Shown here: positions 17,210 through 25,365 of the stretch, one piece after another
Position numbering within the stretch: position 1 is the stretch's first letter
Layout of the letters: each line of letters begins with the position of its first letter
Source: an uncultured Candidatus Saccharibacteria bacterium
Lineage (GTDB): Bacteria > Patescibacteriota > Saccharimonadia > Saccharimonadales > JALRHH01
Direction: 5' to 3'
Length of the DNA stretch: 50,783 nt
Assembly (NCBI GenBank): GCA_964639295.1
Contig: CAZXDT010000001.1
Location: forward strand, 1 to 50,783
The notes under the pieces: generated by a model
Database searches by the model: none
What the model saw: the letters and a program-made list of their open reading frames with translations, nothing else
Told to the model about the DNA's origin: nothing
Made by a program: the position numbers and the translations under genes

Positions 17210-18457
17210 CTAAGCTGCGGCTGGCTGCACTGATAATTGTTTGAGAAGGTATTTACTAACGCCGATGACGCGTTCAAGTCCGTGAACGTGATCAAGATGT
17301 TGTGTTGATAATCCCCCTGAGAGCCTATGCTCATCAGTGCCAATATAGTTTAGAAACTCAATAGATAAACCTTGGGGTTCTATAGTATCTCTTCGAAGTG
17401 TTTCCACTAGACGTCTTACAAGCACCTTTGCCTGAGCGGCGTCTAGAGTTAATTCATGACTAGCAAATAGTTCGATACATGCTTCTTCTAGCTGTATTAG
17501 TTTATCAATTTCTAAAACTGAGATATCATCACTCAGTTCTAGGAATAGAGGTGTAAGTTCTGCTACAAATTCACCCAAAACCTCTGCCGTTTCTACTAGA
17601 TACGGCTCGTTTGGGACTGTAATAGTATCTTCAGTCGCTTCCAGCCCGCCAGGTGACTGGATTTCTGTAAACCAAGTTTGTATGACTTCTGCGAAGCGAG
17701 TGGCTTGGGTGGTTTCTTCTGTCTCCAGGCTAACAGTTAATGGGGTCTCAACTGTTGCATCCACGGGTGATGACTCATCTTGAATACTTATATCTAATGG
17801 AGTATCTAACTCCTCTGCAGTCAACTCCAGTAATGTATCTTCTGTTTCAACTAATGGCTGTATCTCGGTCACTTTTGCTGGAAGAATACTAGTGATCTCT
17901 AATTCGGGAGTTGAGATTGAACTAATTTCATTGACTTTGGTTGGCTCTGTAGCGGACGTTTCTATAGCCTTTTTAGCAGGTGGTTGGTCTATCGTAGGTG
18001 CAGAAGCCTCGGTTAACTCATAGAATGTACGTTCTTGTTGCTGGAATTCTTCTATGTGATTCGATTTCGGTAGCATAACTCTGAGGATGTCATTTTCTAT
18101 GACCAATAGCTCTGCTTCTTTGATTTCAAAAATCTGCTGAACTTTCTTATCTGATACTGTCGGCTCGACCCGGATGTCTTTAGTCAGGACGGCATCTATG
18201 TTATTAGCCTGTTCTGTCTCAATGTGGATGATACTCACTGCATGATTCATAGCAAATTCACCGATCTTACCAGCAAAGGGACATATTCTTGATAATTCCT
18301 TCATATCCAAATGGCCACCTGCTTCGCGAAGGTATTCGACAGCCATTGCAGGTAAGCCAGCAACATCAAACACAATATTCTCACCATTGAAGGTCATTGA
18401 TGCTGTTTCTCCAATCTCAAGTTGAGACTGGTCTATCCCATGTGCCGTTGTGCTCAT
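17210..18457 (-). CDS. hypothetical acidic protein (415 aa) with a Glu/Thr/Pro-rich central region
   Basis: A long ORF with no recognised motif. The central ~150 aa are low-complexity and acidic. Confidence 0.6.
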   Translation of the reverse strand: MSTTAHGIDQSQLEIGETASMTFNGENIVFDVAGLPAMAVEYLREAGGHLDMKELSRICPFAGKIGEFAMNHAVSIIHIETEQANNIDAVLTKDIRVEPTVSDKKVQQIFEIKEAELLVIENDILRVMLPKSNHIEEFQQQERTFYELTEASAPTIDQPPAKKAIETSATEPTKVNEISSISTPELEITSILPAKVTEIQPLVETEDTLLELTAEELDTPLDISIQDESSPVDATVETPLTVSLETEETTQATRFAEVIQTWFTEIQSPGGLEATEDTITVPNEPYLVETAEVLGEFVAELTPLFLELSDDISVLEIDKLIQLEEACIELFASHELTLDAAQAKVLVRRLVETLRRDTIEPQGLSIEFLNYIGTDEHRLSGGLSTQHLDHVHGLERVIGVSKYLLKQLSVQPAAA

Positions 18458-18496
18458 GCTTACATGGTACCGGAGTAGTGGGTTACTACCAAGCCT

Positions 18497-19105
18497 TTAT
18501 CGGGATTGGAGAGCGTCGAGTGCTACTGCCATAGCGGCATAGGTGCGCCAGTCAATGGCTGAATAGGCAGCATCGTCAACTGAGAGTACATAGTGGTCAC
18601 GGAGAAGAGTCGTTTTTTGGTATTTACCAACTATCTCGCCAGTTTTAATGTCTACAAAGTCGAAGTGGTATTTGAATAACATCATTATGATCTCTGCTAG
18701 CTCACCAACTATAGGCACTGCACCTATAAATCGACGAAATATGGCAAGCGGAACGCTACTTTCCTTTACAAGAAGTACCGGGTCACCGTTTGTATCAAGG
18801 ATATTCCAGGTACTGACGAGTAGGGATTTGCCAAATACTTTGCTAAATCCGCCAATCTTCTGACCGTCTGGTGCCTCAACGAAGTAGCGCCCATGTACAT
18901 CGAGCACTTTCTCAGCACGGAATCCAAACACTTCCTCAGTCTTGCTTTCATCACCGTAAAAGGTGACTTTTTCTTTGAAAGCCAATCTCTTCTGCTGTGC
19001 AAACGCAACAGTATCTGTCTTATCACCGTTATTGTCAGTTTTATATACAATGTATTTGTTTACAAAAGCAGTTATTTTTTGCTCAACAATAAGTCGTGGA
19101 ATCAT
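18497..19105 (-). CDS. LURP-one-related / scramblase-like (tubby C-terminal-like) protein, tentative
   Basis: A repetitive beta-strand pattern (KYIVYKTDNNGD..VAFAQQKRLAFKEKVTFYGDE...FGFRAEKVLDVHGRYFVEAPDGQKIG...WNILDTNGDPVLLVKE) is reminiscent of the LOR/YxjI family. The call is by eye only. Confidence 0.4.
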   Translation of the reverse strand: MIPRLIVEQKITAFVNKYIVYKTDNNGDKTDTVAFAQQKRLAFKEKVTFYGDESKTEEVFGFRAEKVLDVHGRYFVEAPDGQKIGGFSKVFGKSLLVSTWNILDTNGDPVLLVKESSVPLAIFRRFIGAVPIVGELAEIIMMLFKYHFDFVDIKTGEIVGKYQKTTLLRDHYVLSVDDAAYSAIDWRTYAAMAVALDALQSR

Positions 19106-19217
19106 GAATGTAGTTTACCATCAGTTTGGTTATCAGAGTAAGGAGTGTAGCTTCATTACTGTTAATTAAGGTACTAGCTATTGACTAATTCAACATAATA
19201 CTGTATAGTAATAATTC

Positions 19218-19646
19218 ATGAAAGACAGTAGAAATAGTGAAGGGGTTATCTCGTACCCAATTTCGACACTTCTTCGTGGCGAAGAAGGACCATGGGTACA
19301 TACCCTTACAACCTTTAGTTACGATAAATCAGATCCATTTGCTGTCAGCACTACTTTTGGTAATGAAACTGATGCGCCAGCAACCTGGACTTGGGCAAGG
19401 GAGTTACTATACAAAGGAGTTGATGAACCGACAGGCGAAGCTGATGTCATAGTCTACCCAGGGAAGCTTGATGATGTTCATGGCCATACTGCAATACACT
19501 TTTCTGGCCCTGAAGGAGAAGTAACCTTATATGCTCGAACAGCACCAGTCGCAGAATTTATAGCACGAACATTGTCACTCGTACCGGTAGAACGCGAATC
19601 AGAAAATCTTGATATTGACACAGTGCTTGCCCAAATCCTTAGCTAA
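19218..19646 (+). CDS. SsgA/SsgB-like protein (SALP family)
   Basis: Whole-length motif agreement with Streptomyces SsgB as I remember it: YDKSDPFAVSTTF, WTWARELLYKG, PTGEADVIVYP, SGPEGE, FIARTLSLVPVERESENLDIDTVLAQIL. Confidence 0.8.
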   Translation: MKDSRNSEGVISYPISTLLRGEEGPWVHTLTTFSYDKSDPFAVSTTFGNETDAPATWTWARELLYKGVDEPTGEADVIVYPGKLDDVHGHTAIHFSGPEGEVTLYARTAPVAEFIARTLSLVPVERESENLDIDTVLAQILS

Positions 19647-19731
19647 TATTAGTTGAACAGCTGCAATCGCAAAATTGTCATGAACATCATAGTATGGTAT
19701 AATAACGATAATCATAAAGGATTGAAGTTAC

Positions 19732-21219
19732 ATGCGTGAGTTTCGCTTAGTAGGTCTTACTGTTTTTTATACGTTTCTTACCATTCTCTTAGCATTGCTA
19801 GGCATAGGCAGTATTACTAAGCTGCAGCAATCACAGTACGAGCTTGCAACAAGTTCAACGACCAAGGCTCCTCTACAAAGTAAAAGTACACTTTCTAGTA
19901 CCGCCAACACAACTGCCACAGCATCGGAAGTAACACCTGCGCCAACTAGCTTAACGTTGGCCGCAAGCGCAACCAATGTTCGGCTACAAGACAAAAGCAC
20001 CCTCTCTGGCGTGTTATCAACAACTGACATCCTCGGATCATCAGTTCCGGTACCTAACAAGCCTGTTGATGTACAGAAGAGTACCAGTAGTGGTGTTTGG
20101 ACGACTGTTGTAAGTGGGGTTACTGACGCTAACGGTGGTTATTCTTTGCCAGTGACTATTGCAAACACATCAGCTGACTATCGTGTTGTATTTGCAGGAG
20201 ATGCTGAATATGCAGCAAGTCAGAGTGCAAGTGTAAAAATTACTGGGTTTGTAGCAACTACCAGGATATATAGGACAGGCCCAACAAGCGTAACTGCAGA
20301 AACCTCTACGACATATGGTGCCCATTTTGAAGTCAATGATTCACGTGTCACTAGTAATCCACCCATTGCTGGGGCAAAAGTTGATGTATATCGTAAGGAT
20401 GCATTCGGGGGAAACTGGAAATTAGTCTCTACAATCGCAACAGCTAGCAATGGAAATATTTCATGGCGTGCCACAGTCAGCACGCCAACGTACTGGAAGT
20501 TGGTCGGTCATAGTACAGCTACGTCAACTTCTGCAAACTCAACAGTTACCAAGCCTACAGTTGTGCCTATAGGCAAGGTGTATAAGTTACCTAGTTCTGC
20601 CCCTAAGCCTACTGCATTGGCTCCTCAACCAGCAGCAGTCGGGACTGGTGCACACCCAGCTGTAAGCAGTATCCCAGACTCAGTCTGGAAAAACATGGTA
20701 GGAAAGTCCTGGCACTCAGGTTGCCCAGTAGGCCGAAGTAAGCTGGCATACATGACAGTCAATTATTGGGGATTCGATGGGTACCGTCACCGTGGCCAGA
20801 TGGTATTTAGGTCTAGCCATAAGAGTGAGTTCGTAGCTGCATTCACACGACTATATAACGATCACATCCCGCTGCATGGCATGTACCTAGTAGATAAGTT
20901 TGGCTATAGCTCACGAACACATGGTGCAGACGACTATGCTTCAATGCAACATGATAATACCTCAGCCTTCAATTGCCGCTGGGTAGATGGCAGACCAGGC
21001 GTAATGTCACCACACTCCTACGGAACGGCTGTCGATATCAACCCTTATGAAAACCCATATCACTCAGCAAAAGGCTGGACGCCTAATTACTGGTGGAGAG
21101 CACACAACTTCCCACCATACACCTGGCGAAGTCATAGTTCACCTGCCGTCCAAGACATGCTCCAGTCCGGCTTCCACTGGACATATGGCAACGAAGACGC
21201 CCAGCACTTCGACACGTAG
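19732..21219 (+). CDS. membrane-anchored M15-family peptidoglycan peptidase with a Ser/Thr-rich linker and two Ig-like repeats
   Basis: An N-terminal TM helix is present. The C-terminal domain carries SPHSYGTAVDINPYENPY (H-x2-G-x-A-x-D zinc motif) and EDAQHFD. Two ~95-aa beta-rich repeats precede it. Confidence 0.75.
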   Translation: MREFRLVGLTVFYTFLTILLALLGIGSITKLQQSQYELATSSTTKAPLQSKSTLSSTANTTATASEVTPAPTSLTLAASATNVRLQDKSTLSGVLSTTDILGSSVPVPNKPVDVQKSTSSGVWTTVVSGVTDANGGYSLPVTIANTSADYRVVFAGDAEYAASQSASVKITGFVATTRIYRTGPTSVTAETSTTYGAHFEVNDSRVTSNPPIAGAKVDVYRKDAFGGNWKLVSTIATASNGNISWRATVSTPTYWKLVGHSTATSTSANSTVTKPTVVPIGKVYKLPSSAPKPTALAPQPAAVGTGAHPAVSSIPDSVWKNMVGKSWHSGCPVGRSKLAYMTVNYWGFDGYRHRGQMVFRSSHKSEFVAAFTRLYNDHIPLHGMYLVDKFGYSSRTHGADDYASMQHDNTSAFNCRWVDGRPGVMSPHSYGTAVDINPYENPYHSAKGWTPNYWWRAHNFPPYTWRSHSSPAVQDMLQSGFHWTYGNEDAQHFDT

Positions 21220-21238
21220 TTCGTAAACTCAAGCAAAT

Positions 21239-21268
21239 AAAAAAGACCAGTCAAGGCTGATCTTTTTT
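21239..21268. terminator. bidirectional hairpin between the M15 gene (+) and tRNA-Trp (-)
   Basis: An A-run, then AGACCAG-TCAAGG-CTGATCT, then a T-run. The stem has a C-A mismatch on the + RNA but a G-U pair on the - RNA. Confidence 0.6.
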
Positions 21269-21271
21269 ATT

Positions 21272-21347
21272 TGGCAGGGGTGCCAGGATTTGAACCCGAG
21301 CTTCAGGTTTTGGAGACCTACGTGCTAACCACTGACACTACACCCCT
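21272..21347 (-). tRNA. tRNA-Trp (anticodon CCA), CCA end encoded
   Basis: The reverse complement folds as acceptor AGGGGTG/CACCCCT, D-stem GTGT/GCAC, anticodon stem TAGGT/ACCTG, loop CTCCAAA and T-loop TTCAAAT. Confidence 0.85.
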
Positions 21348-21431
21348 TGATAATCAAATGTACTTAATTACAGTGTATGTAATTACAAGTGTTAATTCTA
21401 CCGAAAAACACCTATTTTGTCACTGTTTAGA

Positions 21432-22742
21432 CTAACTTTTGGTTTGTGGGTCTACCAACATTCCAAATAGCTCTACGAATATCTGGTCATCAACCCTGTG
21501 ACTAGCAGCTTGTTTGGCGGTTGCCTTAGGGTTAGTTGTCACAACGAGGATTCGTTTGAGCGCCTCGGCTGCGACACCACGAACATTTGGCTGTAATAGT
21601 GCTCTACGTTCAGCTTCTGGTTTTTGTGCATCGCGGCCTTTTTGTACATAGTTACTGAAATTAACCAGATGTGTTAGGGAAAGTCCGTCAGGGCGACGGG
21701 CATCCGGAAATATCTCACGTTGTATGATCGCAATATTAGTACTGTGTCGAGTGGGGTCTTCAAGAAAACTATCAAGTAGATGTTTGACGAATAGCTTCCC
21801 AGTAATTAGGGGTATTTTTTCAGTAGGTTGTGTGTCTTCAATATTATTTTTGAGTCTGGCTAACTTAAGCTTTGCAAAGTGTTTATTAGCGAGTAAGTGG
21901 GGATTGTTGAGTATCGATGATTTTGTGTCTGGCAATAGGAGACCGTGTTCCTCGAAGGGCTGTATGAACTTAGCTATCAACTGTAACTTATCATTGAATG
22001 GAGACAGTACTAAAAGTCTCTTACTTAGACCTTTTTCCAAGGCGTGGATAAGTCGCTTTGACTCATCAAAATCCCTGGATTCGAGAAGCTTTTTTTGCAA
22101 CTCTTGAGCATCAGGGGTAAGTCGCGAGCCATTACCATTTAACAGAAACCTTGATGACAACTCTTTAGCCATAGCTACAGAAGTAGTATTGAGTTGAACT
22201 TTGTAGTCGCCACACCATGCTGTAGTACTCTCTGGCGAGTTTAGGTAATGAGCATTAGTTGCCTGATACCCTTCAGAAAGCGTTATATTAAGTAGCTGCC
22301 ATAAGCTTGTGTTTTTGCGGGATACTTTTGCAAGCTCCCGAATCACTGTTGGTGCATATGCGGGCTTAGATTGGAAAATAGAGCCTGGATATAGCGCATT
22401 AAGTTCTTGCCTTGAGCCAGTGTGCGTGAAGTCACTTGTCATAGAGCTAAGTGTGAAACGTTTACCGCCCCCAAGTGATTCACGAACTATTGCTTCTGCG
22501 GTAAGAGGTTTGTTCGTAAGATCTTGTACGTTTGCGTCCGGGTCAGCATCAACAGTAACCATGACGAGATCAGGCAGACTTTGCGATTCTATGTCTGTTC
22601 GTGTTTGTAATAATACGAAGTTAGGTATACTCCCGATGCCTGTAGTATTGTCGATAAATGCGTGTTTTGCTGTTTGCAGTAATAGTGAAAAATGCTCAGC
22701 ACGCAAAGCTTCATTGTTTGGGGCCTGTGACTCTGACATCAC
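21432..22742 (-). CDS. hypothetical protein (436 aa)
   Basis: A long ORF divergent from the kinase/DUF45 pair. No motif recognised. Confidence 0.6.
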   Translation of the reverse strand: MMSESQAPNNEALRAEHFSLLLQTAKHAFIDNTTGIGSIPNFVLLQTRTDIESQSLPDLVMVTVDADPDANVQDLTNKPLTAEAIVRESLGGGKRFTLSSMTSDFTHTGSRQELNALYPGSIFQSKPAYAPTVIRELAKVSRKNTSLWQLLNITLSEGYQATNAHYLNSPESTTAWCGDYKVQLNTTSVAMAKELSSRFLLNGNGSRLTPDAQELQKKLLESRDFDESKRLIHALEKGLSKRLLVLSPFNDKLQLIAKFIQPFEEHGLLLPDTKSSILNNPHLLANKHFAKLKLARLKNNIEDTQPTEKIPLITGKLFVKHLLDSFLEDPTRHSTNIAIIQREIFPDARRPDGLSLTHLVNFSNYVQKGRDAQKPEAERRALLQPNVRGVAAEALKRILVVTTNPKATAKQAASHRVDDQIFVELFGMLVDPQTKS

Positions 22743-22868
22743 AATATTACAGCACTTTAGACACTCTTTTACAAGTGTTGTGACTATACAGATTCAAGCA
22801 CTGGAACATTTTGATCATATACCGGGCTTTTGCAAAATCATGAAAATTGTTATAGTTTACTGGTATAT

Positions 22869-23531
22869 ATGAGTAAATTGGCTTTGTCTCGACCCACCCT
22901 CATCCTCCTGTATGGTTTTCCTGGAGCAGGTAAGACCTATTTGGCGCGCCAATTGTGTGAAGACATTCAGGCGGCACATGTACAGAGTGACCGTATTCGT
23001 TATGAATTGTTTGAGCAACCTCGTTACGACCGTCAAGAAAACGAGATTGTTGACCATCTGATGCAATACATGACCGAGGAGTTTCTGAACGCAGGTATCA
23101 GTGTGGTGTATGACATTAATGCTATGCGCCTTAGTCAACGACGTGAACTCCGTGATATGGCGCGTAAAAACAAAGTAGATACCATACTTGTATGGCTTCA
23201 AGTTGATGCAGAAAGTGCATTTGCCCGAGTAGCCAAGCGTGACCGCCGCAAAATGGATGATAAATACACACCTTCTATGGATCGTAGTTCATTTGAACAA
23301 CTTGCCAGTGGCATGCAAAACCCAAGTCCCTCAGAGGAATACATGGTTATTAGCGGCAAGCACACCTATCAGACACAGCGAAGCGCAATCCTCAAGAAGC
23401 TATATGACATGGGCCTGACTGTCCCTGGTGATACTGGTGGCCCTAAAATCGTCAAACCTGGTCTTGTAAACTTGGTTCCAAACATGGGCGGCCGTGTTGA
23501 CCCTACTCGTCGCAATATTAATATTCGTTAA
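22869..23531 (+). CDS. P-loop kinase, AAA_33/zeta-toxin-like
   Basis: Walker A LLYGFPGAGKTYLARQL followed by VQSDRIRYELF (Asp-containing substrate motif) and a Walker B-like ILVWLQVD. The start is ATG 22869, and an extended -10 (TGTTATAGT, 22848-22856) lies just upstream. Confidence 0.65.
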   Translation: MSKLALSRPTLILLYGFPGAGKTYLARQLCEDIQAAHVQSDRIRYELFEQPRYDRQENEIVDHLMQYMTEEFLNAGISVVYDINAMRLSQRRELRDMARKNKVDTILVWLQVDAESAFARVAKRDRRKMDDKYTPSMDRSSFEQLASGMQNPSPSEEYMVISGKHTYQTQRSAILKKLYDMGLTVPGDTGGPKIVKPGLVNLVPNMGGRVDPTRRNINIR

Positions 23532-24224
23532 ATGGCTACAAAAACTATTGAGCTAGAAGACATCGGTCCCGTTGTTTTCTATAAACGACGAGGAGCCCGT
23601 AATATTAGGCTCAGCATCACACATACAGGTGAAATCCGTGTTACTTTGCCTTTCTGGGCGCCCTATCAGGCTGGGATTGCTTTTGTTAGATCAAAAGCTG
23701 AATGGATTATTGAACAAAAACCACCCGTGTCGGTCATAGAACAAGGACACCAGGTTGGTAAAGCCCATCACGTAACCTATGAAGCTGGGCAGGGAAGCAC
23801 AGTTTCCACCCGTATAACAGGCAATGAAGTAAGAGTGCTTCTGCCAGTTGGCATCCGTTGGAATAGCCCAGAAGCCCAAAAAGCAGTCCAGACAGTAGGT
23901 ATTAGGGCTTTAAAGAAAGAAGCAAAACGGCTTCTTCCTAGTCGTTTAGAGACACTTGCAGCGCAACACGGGTACGAATACAATTCTGTGGCTGTAAAAC
24001 AGCTAAAAGGCCGCTGGGGCAGCTGTAGCGAACAGAAAGATATTGTCCTGAACTGTTTCCTCATGCAATTGCCTTGGGAATTGATAGATTACGTCTTACT
24101 ACATGAGCTTGCTCATACCCGTGTGATGGCTCACGGCCCAGTATTCTGGGACGAAATGAAGCGCATCAACCCATTGAATGATCGTCTGCGCAAAGCAATA
24201 AAACTGCATAAACCCATACTTTAG
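23532..24224 (+). CDS. DUF45/YgjP-type (M48/WLM-like) zinc metallohydrolase
   Basis: HExxH motif in LLHELAHTRVMAHGPVFW. The ATG follows the kinase stop with zero spacer (TAA|ATG). Confidence 0.75.
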   Translation: MATKTIELEDIGPVVFYKRRGARNIRLSITHTGEIRVTLPFWAPYQAGIAFVRSKAEWIIEQKPPVSVIEQGHQVGKAHHVTYEAGQGSTVSTRITGNEVRVLLPVGIRWNSPEAQKAVQTVGIRALKKEAKRLLPSRLETLAAQHGYEYNSVAVKQLKGRWGSCSEQKDIVLNCFLMQLPWELIDYVLLHELAHTRVMAHGPVFWDEMKRINPLNDRLRKAIKLHKPIL

Positions 24225-24261
24225 GTATCACCTCTATCTTGCTTATGGCATAATTAGATTA

Positions 24262-25365
24262 ATGTCCGGTAAAATTCCTAAAACTACTGCCAAGGATGCT
24301 GAGCTTGAACGCGAGCGTCTAACCAGCCTTATTAACAGTATGGCTGACGGTGTGATTGCTATTGATGAAGCAACAAATATTGTTGTTTATAACGGTGCCG
24401 CACTTAATACCCTAGACGTAAACAGTACGATTACTGGCAAACCTATTGCTCAGATTATGAAGCTGGTAGATAAAAATAATCAGCCAATAGATATTAAGAG
24501 AGAAGTTCTTGCGACCAAAACCCAGTCTACGACCCGCGATTGGAAACTCCAATACCCTGATGAGAGCATGATCAACCTCTATACCAGCATCGCACCCGTA
24601 AAACTCGGCTATGGTCAGCAAGGAATGAGTGGCTATGTGGTACTTATCCGTGATATTACTCGAGAGAAATCACTTGAAGAAGAGCGAGATGAGTTTATTA
24701 GCGTAGTTAGCCATGAACTCCGTACCCCTATTGCAATAGCAGAGGGAAATATTGGCAACGCTGAATTTATTTTAGATAAGACTAAAAATATTGATCAAAT
24801 CAAGGGTGCACTAGCCCAGGCGCATAGTCAGGTTAACTTCCTGAGTGGCATGATCAATGACTTATCTACATTATCTCGTGCAGAGCGAGGTAAACTCGAA
24901 GCTGAGGTTGAGGATATCAATGCACATGATCTTGTTGCAGAACTGGGCAAACTCTACACACCAGATGCAGAGAAAAAGGGGCTCAAACTTCTGACCGAAA
25001 CTGATCCTACACTTGAGTTACTTAAGTCATCACGTTTGTATGTCCGTGAAATCCTTCAGAACTTCGTCACAAACTCGATCAAGTACACAGAAAAAGGTCA
25101 CGTTACCATTGGTGCACACAAGCGTGCAGGAGGCGTGTTATTTACGGTAACTGACACTGGTATCGGTATCAGCAAGGCGGATCAAGAAAAGGTCTTCGAT
25201 AAGTTCTTTCGCTCAGAAGATTTTCGTACTCGCCAGAACAGTGGCACAGGCCTCGGCCTCTATGTAACAATGAAGCTAACTCGTCTTATTCACGCAGAAA
25301 TCAACGTGGAAAGCGAACTCGACAAAGGTTCTACCTTCAGCATCTTCATCCCTAACTTAAGTTAG
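24262..25365 (+). CDS. cytoplasmic PAS-domain sensor histidine kinase
   Basis: PAS-like N-terminus (LINSMADGVIAIDE), H-box VSHELRTPIAIAEG, N-box NFVTNSIKYTEKG, G-boxes VTDTGIGIS and GTGLGLYV. There is no TM segment. Confidence 0.85.
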   Translation: MSGKIPKTTAKDAELERERLTSLINSMADGVIAIDEATNIVVYNGAALNTLDVNSTITGKPIAQIMKLVDKNNQPIDIKREVLATKTQSTTRDWKLQYPDESMINLYTSIAPVKLGYGQQGMSGYVVLIRDITREKSLEEERDEFISVVSHELRTPIAIAEGNIGNAEFILDKTKNIDQIKGALAQAHSQVNFLSGMINDLSTLSRAERGKLEAEVEDINAHDLVAELGKLYTPDAEKKGLKLLTETDPTLELLKSSRLYVREILQNFVTNSIKYTEKGHVTIGAHKRAGGVLFTVTDTGIGISKADQEKVFDKFFRSEDFRTRQNSGTGLGLYVTMKLTRLIHAEINVESELDKGSTFSIFIPNLS

